A stretch of 32,000 nucleotides of DNA, taken from positions 600,001-632,000 of the forward strand of contig NC_015067.1 in assembly GCF_000196555.1 (NCBI RefSeq). The letters run 5' to 3'. Below the pieces are notes generated by a model. The model had not been told where the DNA came from. It saw only the letters and a program-made list of their open reading frames with translations, and did not search any database. Both the position numbers and the translations under genes were made by a program. Positions 1-7,270 of the stretch are shown in pieces. The DNA comes from Bifidobacterium longum subsp. longum JCM 1217 (lineage in GTDB: Bacteria; Actinomycetota; Actinomycetes; Actinomycetales; Bifidobacteriaceae). Every line of letters starts with the position of its first letter. The stretch's first letter is position 1.

Positions 1-124
1 AGATACCAGTGCCGATGATCGCGCCGATGCCGAGCATCGTCAGATCGAAGGTGCGCATCGTGCGCTTCAGGGGAGTGGATTCGGCGACAAGCTGATCCAC
101 GCTTTTCTTACGAAACAGATCCAT
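1..124 (-). CDS. Amino-acid permease (APC superfamily), N-terminal 41 codons only; gene continues past the left edge
   Basis: Reverse-strand ATG at 124-122 reads MDLFRKKSVDQLVAESTPLKRTMRTFDLTMLGIGAIIGTGI. This is the typical cytoplasmic N-terminus plus first-TM GIGAIIGTG signature of APC amino-acid transporters. It is absent from the ORF track because it is cut by the window edge. Confidence 0.6.
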   Translation of the reverse strand, partial: MDLFRKKSVDQLVAESTPLKRTMRTFDLTMLGIGAIIGTGI

Positions 125-306
125 GTTCTTCTCTCATGAAATCTAGGATTATGGGGCTGAACCGGACGGATTTCCGGGATCCCGGCACGCCTCAACGCCG
201 GGAATCAAAGGCGGCTTCCGAGAAACCGCATATCGGTCATTAGTGTACGACTGCCGGGCGAAAACAGACGATTGCGACTACACGTCACATTCTCGCGCAA
301 CAATAG

Positions 307-1671
307 GTGTCTATGAGCATGAACGCAGCACCTGAAATCGCATTCTCGTCCGAGCAGGGCAAGGCCAACTATGCGGCCGCCCGCCGCCAATACCCCGCAC
401 AGGCCATCGTGGACCTCAAAACCATGCGCGACAACATGGCCCACCTGGTCTCCGTGGTCGGCGGGCCCGCTTCCGGCACGGCGGTGATGGGTGTGGTCAA
501 GGCCGACGCCTACGGCCACGGACTGCTGCCCGCCGCCCTGGCCGCGCTCGCCGGCGGCGCCACATGGCTCGGCACCGCGCAGTCGCACGAAGCGTTGCTG
601 CTGCGCAAGCTCGGCATCGGCCCCGACCGTTGCCGCATTCTGACTTGGGTCTACAACGGCACCGAAGTGCCATTTGATGAGCTGATCGCCGCCGACATCG
701 ACGTATCGGTCGGCTCCCTGCCCGGCATCGACGCGGTGGCCGCCGCCGCACGCAGGCTCGGCAAGCCCGCCCGCGTACACGTCAAGGTCGATTCCGGCTT
801 CGGTCGCAACGGTTTCACGCCGGCCGGATTCGACGCCGCGCTCGCCAAACTCGTGCCGCTCGCCAAAGGGGGCGTGTTGCATATTGTGGGTCAGTGGAGC
901 CATCTCGCCGTGGCCGATTCGCCCGATGTGCCCGAATTCGTGTCCTCCACCGACCGCCAGATCGAAACATTCAAGGACTTCACGCGCCGCATGGAACAGG
1001 CCGGCATTCCGCCGGAGATCCGTCACCTGGCCAACACGGCGGCCACTTTGGACCGCCCGGAGATTCACTTCGAACTTACCCGCCCCGGCATCGGCCTGTA
1101 CGGCTACGAGCCCGATCCCGCGATGGGCACCCCGCGCGACTGGCATCTGACCCCGGCCATGCGCCTGCAGGCGCAGCTCGGCACGGTCAAGGATGTGGAG
1201 GCCGGCCATGGCATCTCTTATGGCCGCACCTACCTGACCCCGGACAACACCTCGACCGCTATTGTGCCGCTGGGCTACGCCGATGGCATCCACCGCTCCG
1301 CTTCCGGTTTCGATATGGAAGGTGCCAAGCACGTGGAGAAGCCGGGCGGCCCGGTGCGCATCATGACCACTGAAGGTCCGAAGCTCTACCGCGTGTGCGG
1401 CCGCGTGTGCATGGACCAGTTCATCGTGGACCTGCACGGATCCGCCGCCGAACTCGGCGTTCACGAGGGCGACACGGTCGAACTGTTCGGCCCGGGCCGC
1501 GGCGAGGATTACGTTGAGCCTACCGCCGACGATTGGGCCCGCGCCGCCGACACCATCAGCTACGAGATCTTCACCTGCCTGCGCAACCGCATCCCGCGCC
1601 TTTACGAGCATGCCGCCGAAGTACTGCCCGCCGCCGACCTCGCCAAACTCGACCCCGCGACGCTGCTATAA
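307..1671 (+). CDS. alr: Alanine racemase
   Basis: 454-aa ORF with the PLP-lysine motif VVKADAYGHG, plus GRVCMDQFIVD and ISYEIFTCL C-terminal motifs typical of Alr. The start could be GTG 307 or ATG 313/319. Confidence 0.93.
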   Translation: MSMSMNAAPEIAFSSEQGKANYAAARRQYPAQAIVDLKTMRDNMAHLVSVVGGPASGTAVMGVVKADAYGHGLLPAALAALAGGATWLGTAQSHEALLLRKLGIGPDRCRILTWVYNGTEVPFDELIAADIDVSVGSLPGIDAVAAAARRLGKPARVHVKVDSGFGRNGFTPAGFDAALAKLVPLAKGGVLHIVGQWSHLAVADSPDVPEFVSSTDRQIETFKDFTRRMEQAGIPPEIRHLANTAATLDRPEIHFELTRPGIGLYGYEPDPAMGTPRDWHLTPAMRLQAQLGTVKDVEAGHGISYGRTYLTPDNTSTAIVPLGYADGIHRSASGFDMEGAKHVEKPGGPVRIMTTEGPKLYRVCGRVCMDQFIVDLHGSAAELGVHEGDTVELFGPGRGEDYVEPTADDWARAADTISYEIFTCLRNRIPRLYEHAAEVLPAADLAKLDPATLL

Positions 1672-1700
1672 GGTGCATTAACGCCATACGGTGGCACCCC

Positions 1701-1832
1701 GTAATCCCTTCTTCCCGAATATGTGCCACTGATATGTGCTGAGCGTCACATATTCGGGAAATCGGCCCCAATCTCCCGAATATGTGCCGTTGAGTTGACG
1801 TCAGTGGCACATATTCGGGAAGTCGGGATTAC
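1701..1832. repeat. Composite palindrome built from four alternating copies of CCCGAATATGTGCC
   Basis: Core copies lie at 1714-1727 (+), 1747-1758 (-), 1775-1788 (+) and 1806-1819 (-). The outer 32-nt arms 1701-1732 and 1801-1832 are reverse complements at 30 of 32 positions. The element is intergenic between the alr stop and the dgt start. Confidence 0.75.
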
Positions 1833-1863
1833 TGCGGCCGATATGTGTGCCTATGCTTGGCAT

Positions 1864-3150
1864 ATGGAAACGACTTTGGATGGGGAACAGGTGCTGAGCG
1901 ACGAGGGCTACAGCGCCTTCGACGAGGAGCGATGGGCACCCGAGCCGCCCAAATCCAAGTCACGCACTGCGTTCGAGCGCGATCGCGCGCGACTGATTCA
2001 TTCGTCCGCTTTGCGGCGTTTGGGCGCGAAAAGCCAGATTCTGATTGCCGGTACCGACGATTTCGCTCGCACTCGACTGACGCATACGCTGGAAGTCGCC
2101 CAGATCGGTCGCCAAATCGGCGCATTGCTCGGCTGTGATCCGGACGTGGTCGACTGCGCCTGTCTGGCCCACGACCTTGGTCACCCGCCGTTCGGGCACA
2201 ATGGGGAGCGTGCGCTCGCCGACATCGCCGGCAATATCGGCGGCTTCGAGGGCAACGCACAGACCATGCGTATCCTGACCCGGCTCGAACCCAAGATCTT
2301 TCACCCGGACGGGCGTTCGGCCGGCGTGAACCTGACCCGTGCGGCCTTGGATGCGGCCGTCAAATACCCGTGGACCTTGGCCGAAGCCGACCGACACCCG
2401 AAGGGGGAGCGGTCGAAGAAATTCTGCGTCTACCCGGATGACGAACCGGTGTTCCGCTGGCTCAAAATCGGCGCGCCCCAGGCCGCCAAACCCATGGAAT
2501 GCCAGATCATGGACCTTTCGGATGATATCGCCTACTCCGTGCATGACGTCGAGGATTCCATCGCCACCGGCGCGTTCGATCCGATTGTGCTCGCCGATCC
2601 GAAGATGCTGGACCACATCATCGAGCAGACGCGCGCATGGTATGGGGCGAAGTGGGATGCCGACAAGCTGCTGGCCGCGTTCATGCGATTGCGCCGAGAG
2701 CATTTGTTCCCTGCACATTTCAATGGTTCGCGCGAATCGTTGGCGCAGCTTAAGAACATTACGTCCGATTTGATCGGCCGCTTCTGCTGGTCGGTGGAGA
2801 CCGCCACGCGCGACACGTATGGGCCCGGGCCGTTGACCCGGTATTCCTCGAACATCGTGATTCCCGAGAACACGAATTACGAGATCGTGGCACTGAAGGG
2901 CATCGCCGTGTACTTCGTCATGGCGCCTCGCGAGCGCGAGCCATTCCATCAGGAGGAGCTCAAGATCGTATCGGATTTGGTCGATGTGCTTATGGCCGAT
3001 TCGCCGCTCCCATCCGACGCTTTGGAAAGCCAGTTCCTGGCCGATTGGAATGAATCCACCAATGACAACGAGCGCCTGCGCGTCGCCATCGATCAGGTCG
3101 CAAGCCTGACCGACAACTCCGCTCTGGCCCTGCACTCCATCTTGTGCTGA
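1864..3150 (+). CDS. dgt: Deoxyguanosinetriphosphate triphosphohydrolase-like HD-domain protein
   Basis: HD signature RLTHTLEVAQIGR ... LAHDLGHPPFGHNGE, and a dgt-dnaG neighbourhood typical of actinobacteria. The track ORF begins at 1723 inside the palindromic repeat. ATG 1864 (METTLDGEQ...) gives a normal 428-aa product. Confidence 0.9.
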   Translation: METTLDGEQVLSDEGYSAFDEERWAPEPPKSKSRTAFERDRARLIHSSALRRLGAKSQILIAGTDDFARTRLTHTLEVAQIGRQIGALLGCDPDVVDCACLAHDLGHPPFGHNGERALADIAGNIGGFEGNAQTMRILTRLEPKIFHPDGRSAGVNLTRAALDAAVKYPWTLAEADRHPKGERSKKFCVYPDDEPVFRWLKIGAPQAAKPMECQIMDLSDDIAYSVHDVEDSIATGAFDPIVLADPKMLDHIIEQTRAWYGAKWDADKLLAAFMRLRREHLFPAHFNGSRESLAQLKNITSDLIGRFCWSVETATRDTYGPGPLTRYSSNIVIPENTNYEIVALKGIAVYFVMAPREREPFHQEELKIVSDLVDVLMADSPLPSDALESQFLADWNESTNDNERLRVAIDQVASLTDNSALALHSILC

Positions 3151-3171
3151 GGGCGTGTTGGACGGGTGCTT

Positions 3172-3240
3172 CCCTCAGTCTCGCTGCGCGAGCCAGCTCC
3201 CCTCGGGTGAGGGGAGCTGTCGCTGTAGGCGACTGAAGGG
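3172..3240. repeat. Long imperfect hairpin/REP-like palindromic element with core CAGCTCCCCTC-GGGT-GAGGGGAGCTG
   Basis: A perfect 11-bp stem 3194-3204/3209-3219 is extended by imperfect arms CCCTCAGTCTCGCTGCGCGAGC / GTCGCTGTAGGCGACTGAAGGG. It lies just downstream of the dgt stop, so it may also act as a terminator. The same GCTCCCCTC...GAGGGGAGC core recurs at 6502-6524. Confidence 0.6.
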
Positions 3241-3313
3241 AGTTTCGCGGAAGAAATGATAACCGACGGTAAAAATTTACCGTGTCTCAGGTGAGGCGGT
3301 ACTCTAGAGACTT

Positions 3314-5422
3314 ATGGTCGGAATGATTAAGAAAGAAGATGTCGAGAAGGTGCGCGCCGCCGCGGACCTGTATGACATTGTATCTGCGACCGTAACGCTT
3401 AAGCCCTCCGGCACCGGCACCTTCGTGGGCCTGTGCCCATTCCACGACGAGAAAACCGGCAGCTTCAACGTGCGCCCCTCACTCGGCGTGTGGCACTGCT
3501 TCGGCTGCGGCTTGGGTGGCGACGTATTCAAATACGTCGAACAATCCGAAAACATCGACTTCCGTGAAGCCGTGGAACTGCTCGCCGACAAGTACCATAT
3601 CGAGCTGCACTACGAGAACAGCGGCAACGGCCCGAACCGCGAGAACACCGGCTCCAAGCGCACCCGACTGCTGGAAGCCTGCGAGGAAGCCCAACGCTTC
3701 TTCGTCTCCCAGATCCTGACCAAGGAAGCACTGCCCGCCCGCAAGCTGCTCGGAGGCCGCAACTTCTCCCAAGCCGACTGCGAACGTTTCGGTTGCGGCT
3801 ACGCGCCCCAAGGTTGGGATAATCTTGTGCGCCACTTGGCCTCCAAGGGGTTTACGCAGAAGGAAATCCTCGACGCGGGCTTGGCCCGCCAAGGCCAGCG
3901 CGGCATCTATGACTATTTCCGCGGCCGCGTGACGTGGCCTATCCGCGATTCGACCGGCCGCACGCTCGGCTTCGGCGCGCGCAAACTATACGAAGACGAT
4001 CAGATCGCCGCCAAATACATCAACACGCCGGATACGCAGCTCTACCGCAAAACCCAGGTGCTTTACGGCATCGATTTGGCGAAATCCGCCATCGTCAAGA
4101 AGCGGCAGGTGGTGATCGTCGAAGGCTATACGGACGTGATGGCCATGCACTTGGCCGGCATTGACACCGCCATCGCCACGTGCGGTACGGCGTTCGGCGC
4201 CGAGCACGCCAAGATTGTGCGCCGCCTGATCGCCGACGATTCGCTGGGTGCGGTCCAGCTGGTCGGGCCGTTGAAGGTCAAGGACCAGCCGTTGAGCTCG
4301 CGCATCGTGTTCACGTTCGATGGTGACGCCGCCGGCCAGAAAGCCGCGCTGCATGCCTTCGGCCTTGATTCGGCCTTCCTCTCCCAAACCTTCGTGGCCG
4401 TGGCCGACGACAATCTCGACCCGTGCGACCTGCGCATCGAGCGAGGCAACGAAGCAGTGCGCTCGCTGATCGCCCGCGCCAAACCGTTGTATGACTTCGT
4501 GATTGACGCCGCCATCAGCCGGTTCGATCTGACCTACACGCCCGGCCAAGTGGGTGCGATGAAAGCCGTGGCCCCGCTGGTGGCGCAGATTCGCGACCGC
4601 TCCCTGTGGGACGCTTACGTGCGCAAGTCCGCGGGCCGTATCGGTGTGGACCTTGAGGTGATGCGCCGCGAGGTGATGAACGCACGCCGGCAGATGCATG
4701 TACGCGATGAGGACGCCTACGCGCCCAAACGTCGATTCGAGCGTGACGAGCCGCGTGTGGAACCCGGCACCAACCCGTACGCCAATCCGGCCACGCGCAA
4801 GGCCTTGGAGCGCCGTGACGCCGCCGAACAGGCATATTTCAAGATCGACGACGCCGTATTCATCGCCGAACAGCAGTTCATGGCCGTGCTGATTCAGGTG
4901 CCGCGCGCCATCGACCGCACCATGTTCGGGCAGCTGACCATCGACCATTTCATGACTTCGGTGTTCCGCACCCTGTTCCAGGCGATCGCGGCCGCCGGCG
5001 GACTGCCATCCGACGATACCCCGCAGGGGCTGTGGATGCACAACCTTACCAAGGCCGGCGGGCCGATGCTCAATCAGGTGATCAACGAGCTGGCTGTCAT
5101 GCCTCTGCCTCTGCCTGGCGACGACAGTGGCAACGGTGCGCAGCCGGTGCAGGCCAACGTGTCGGGAGGAGGTGTTGGCGTGAATGGCGGTGCCGCCGCA
5201 GTACAGCTGCGTCCTGCCACGCCGGAGGAGCAGCGCTACGCCACTGAGCTTCTCACCCGATTGTTGGACATGGGCTTCATGCGCCAGATCGGTTTGGCCA
5301 AACGCCGCATGGCCCAACTGCCCGACGGCGAAGAGAAGATAACCCTCCTCGGCCAAATCGCCCGCATGGAAACCGCCCGCAAAGACCTCCAAGCCCAAAT
5401 CTACGGCAACACCATCGGCTAA
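3314..5422 (+). CDS. dnaG: DNA primase
   Basis: CHC2 zinc finger CPFHDEKTGSFNVRPSLGVWHCFGCGLGGDVFKYV, with TOPRIM motifs VIVEGYTDVMA and FTFDGDAAGQKAA. 702 aa; ATG 3314 or 3323. Confidence 0.95.
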   Translation: MVGMIKKEDVEKVRAAADLYDIVSATVTLKPSGTGTFVGLCPFHDEKTGSFNVRPSLGVWHCFGCGLGGDVFKYVEQSENIDFREAVELLADKYHIELHYENSGNGPNRENTGSKRTRLLEACEEAQRFFVSQILTKEALPARKLLGGRNFSQADCERFGCGYAPQGWDNLVRHLASKGFTQKEILDAGLARQGQRGIYDYFRGRVTWPIRDSTGRTLGFGARKLYEDDQIAAKYINTPDTQLYRKTQVLYGIDLAKSAIVKKRQVVIVEGYTDVMAMHLAGIDTAIATCGTAFGAEHAKIVRRLIADDSLGAVQLVGPLKVKDQPLSSRIVFTFDGDAAGQKAALHAFGLDSAFLSQTFVAVADDNLDPCDLRIERGNEAVRSLIARAKPLYDFVIDAAISRFDLTYTPGQVGAMKAVAPLVAQIRDRSLWDAYVRKSAGRIGVDLEVMRREVMNARRQMHVRDEDAYAPKRRFERDEPRVEPGTNPYANPATRKALERRDAAEQAYFKIDDAVFIAEQQFMAVLIQVPRAIDRTMFGQLTIDHFMTSVFRTLFQAIAAAGGLPSDDTPQGLWMHNLTKAGGPMLNQVINELAVMPLPLPGDDSGNGAQPVQANVSGGGVGVNGGAAAVQLRPATPEEQRYATELLTRLLDMGFMRQIGLAKRRMAQLPDGEEKITLLGQIARMETARKDLQAQIYGNTIG

Positions 5423-5488
5423 TACCCCCCCACTGATTGCGCGCATCCTCGAATACGTGCCGGATGCATAAGTCCATACAACCGGTTG

Positions 5489-5564
5489 CCGGATTGGATG
5501 GGTGCAGAAGTTGCGGATTGGCCCCATCCAAATTGGACTGGTTTGGGTGGGCCAATCCAATCCG
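5489..5564. promoter_or_regulatory. Candidate operator region upstream of pdxS (inverted CGGATTGGAT[G/T]GG repeats)
   Basis: CCGGATTGGATGGG lies at 5489-5502. Its near-identical reverse complement is at 5552-5564 (CCAATCCAATCCG). A third half copy, GCGGATTGG, is at 5513-5521. All lie 50-125 nt upstream of the pdxS ATG. Repeat-rich operators are typical for MocR/PdxR regulators, one of which is encoded downstream. Confidence 0.3.
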
Positions 5565-5613
5565 TTCAATAATGAAGCGCGATACCAAGCAGCGTCGAAA
5601 CGAAGGGAAACTC

Positions 5614-6489
5614 ATGACGCAGAATCGTGCGGAACTCAACCGTAATCTGGCCCAGATGCTCAAGGGTGGTGTGATCATGGACGTCACCACGCCCGAACAG
5701 GCGAAAATCGCGCAGGATGCCGGCGCATGCGCGGTGATGGCGCTGGAGCGCATCCCCGCTGACATTCGTGCCGCCGGCGGCGTCTCCCGTATGAGCGATC
5801 CGGCCATGATCAAGGGCATTCAGGAAGCTGTCTCCATTCCGGTCATGGCCAAGGTGCGTATCGGCCACATCGCCGAGGCCCGCATTCTGCAGGCCATCGA
5901 AATCGACTACATCGACGAATCCGAAGTGCTTTCCCCGGCCGACGACGTGTACCACATCGACAAGAACCAGTTCGACGTGCCGTTCGTGTGCGGCGCGAAG
6001 AACCTGGGCGAGGCACTGCGCCGCATCGCCGAGGGTGCTGCCATGATTCGTACCAAGGGCGAGCCCGGCACCGGCGACGTGATTCAGGCCGTGCGCCACA
6101 TGCGCACCATGAACAAGCAGATTCGCGAACTCGTCGGCCTGCGCGACGACGAGGTCTACGAGGCCGCCAAGCAGCTGGCCGTGCCCTACGATCTGGCCAA
6201 GTACGTGCACGACAACGGCCGTCTGCCCGTCGTGAACTTCGCCGCCGGTGGCGTGGCCACCCCGGCCGACGCCGCCCTGATGATGGAGCTTGGTGCCGAA
6301 GGCGTGTTCGTGGGCTCCGGCATCTTCAAGTCCGGCGACCCGGCCAAGCGCGCCGCCGCCATCGTCAAGGCTACCGCCAACTGGCAGGACGCCGATCTGC
6401 TCGCCAAGCTGTCCGAAAACCTCGGCGAAGCCATGGTCGGCATCAATGAGGACGAGATTCAGACCATCATGGCCGCTCGCGGCGAGTGA
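5614..6489 (+). CDS. pdxS: Pyridoxal 5-phosphate synthase lyase subunit PdxS
   Basis: From ATG 5614 (preceded by GAAGGGA) the product is [63 protein letters not shown]..., 291 aa and canonical PdxS/SNZ. The track ORF start at 5437 is an upstream in-frame extension. Confidence 0.95.
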   Translation: MTQNRAELNRNLAQMLKGGVIMDVTTPEQAKIAQDAGACAVMALERIPADIRAAGGVSRMSDPAMIKGIQEAVSIPVMAKVRIGHIAEARILQAIEIDYIDESEVLSPADDVYHIDKNQFDVPFVCGAKNLGEALRRIAEGAAMIRTKGEPGTGDVIQAVRHMRTMNKQIRELVGLRDDEVYEAAKQLAVPYDLAKYVHDNGRLPVVNFAAGGVATPADAALMMELGAEGVFVGSGIFKSGDPAKRAAAIVKATANWQDADLLAKLSENLGEAMVGINEDEIQTIMAARGE

Positions 6490-6498
6490 GTGCATTAC

Positions 6499-6527
6499 CT
6501 TGGCTCCCCTCTTTGAGGGGAGCCAGG
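6499..6527 (+). terminator. Stem-loop between pdxS and pdxT (possible attenuator/partial terminator)
   Basis: GGCTCCCCTC-TTT-GAGGGGAGCC is a perfect 10-bp stem, extendable to about 13 bp, lying 10 nt after the pdxS stop. No clear U-tract follows. A second small hairpin (CTCCCG-CCAG-CGGGAG) lies at 6539-6554. Confidence 0.35.
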
Positions 6528-6574
6528 AAAGGGTGACGCTCCCGCCAGCGGGAGTCAAGGCCCAAGGAGACAAC

Positions 6575-7213
6575 ATGGTTGTAGCTGTTGAATATATTTC
6601 CAAAGAAGAATCCGCGGACGCCAAAAACGCCAAGCACGGCGTGACCGGCATCCTGGCCGTACAAGGCGCATTCGCCGAACATGCGGCGGTGCTGGACAAG
6701 CTCGGTGCGCCGTGGAAACTGCTGCGCGCAGCCGAGGATTTCGATGAATCCATCGACCGCGTGATTCTGCCCGGCGGCGAATCCACTACACAGGGCAAGC
6801 TCCTGCATTCGACCGGACTGTTCGAGCCGATCGCCGCCCACATCAAGGCAGGCAAACCGGTGTTTGGCACTTGCGCCGGCATGATTCTGCTGGCTAAAAA
6901 GCTCGACAATGACGACAACGTCTACTTTGGCGCGCTCGACGCCGTCGTACGCCGCAACGCCTATGGTCGTCAGCTCGGTAGTTTCCAGGCTACTGCCGAT
7001 TTTGGTGCAGCGGATGATCCGCAGCGTATCACGGACTTCCCACTGGTATTCATCCGCGGACCGTACGTGGTGTCGGTCGGACCCGAAGCCACGGTCGAAA
7101 CCGAAGTCGATGGCCACGTGGTGGGCTTGCGTCAAGGCAATATCCTGGCCACCGCCTTCCACCCGGAACTCACGGACGATACCCGCATCCACGAGCTCTT
7201 CCTGTCGCTGTAG
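6575..7213 (+). CDS. pdxT: Pyridoxal 5-phosphate synthase glutaminase subunit PdxT
   Basis: Class I amidotransferase motifs GILAVQGAFAEH, ILPGGESTT, GTCAGMILLA (nucleophilic Cys) and AFHPELT. ATG 6575 is preceded by AAGGAGA. GTG 6641 is an alternative start. Confidence 0.9.
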   Translation: MVVAVEYISKEESADAKNAKHGVTGILAVQGAFAEHAAVLDKLGAPWKLLRAAEDFDESIDRVILPGGESTTQGKLLHSTGLFEPIAAHIKAGKPVFGTCAGMILLAKKLDNDDNVYFGALDAVVRRNAYGRQLGSFQATADFGAADDPQRITDFPLVFIRGPYVVSVGPEATVETEVDGHVVGLRQGNILATAFHPELTDDTRIHELFLSL

Positions 7214-7270
7214 TCGATTCGTCTGCCGTTAGACTGGTATCCGATTGACGAATCAAGGAGACGATCTGCT

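Noticed and set aside
205-1611. 468-aa ORF on the minus strand opposite alr
   Set aside because: It is entirely antisense to a gene with unmistakable alanine racemase motifs. The composition is Arg/Ala/Gly/His-rich, typical of shadow ORFs in high-GC DNA, and there is no SD or recognisable domain.
1723-1863. N-terminal extensions of track ORFs: dgt from 1723, pdxS from 5437, pdxT from 6290, peptidase from 9139, RpiR from 14650, DXS-like from 23250, oxidoreductase from 23160, SBP from 26847
   Set aside because: In each case the extension runs through intergenic repeats or hairpins, or lacks an SD. An internal start with a good SD yields a product of canonical length and N-terminus.
1960-3135. 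391-aa minus-strand ORF opposite dgt
   Set aside because: Shadow ORF antisense to the HD-domain gene, with no motifs and a biased composition.
3986-5569. 527-aa minus-strand ORF opposite dnaG
   Set aside because: Antisense to DNA primase, with a low-complexity Arg/Gly/His-rich translation. This is a high-GC artefact.
5566-6918. 450-aa minus-strand ORF spanning pdxS and pdxT
   Set aside because: Antisense to two canonical genes and crosses their intergenic hairpins. It has no coding signature.
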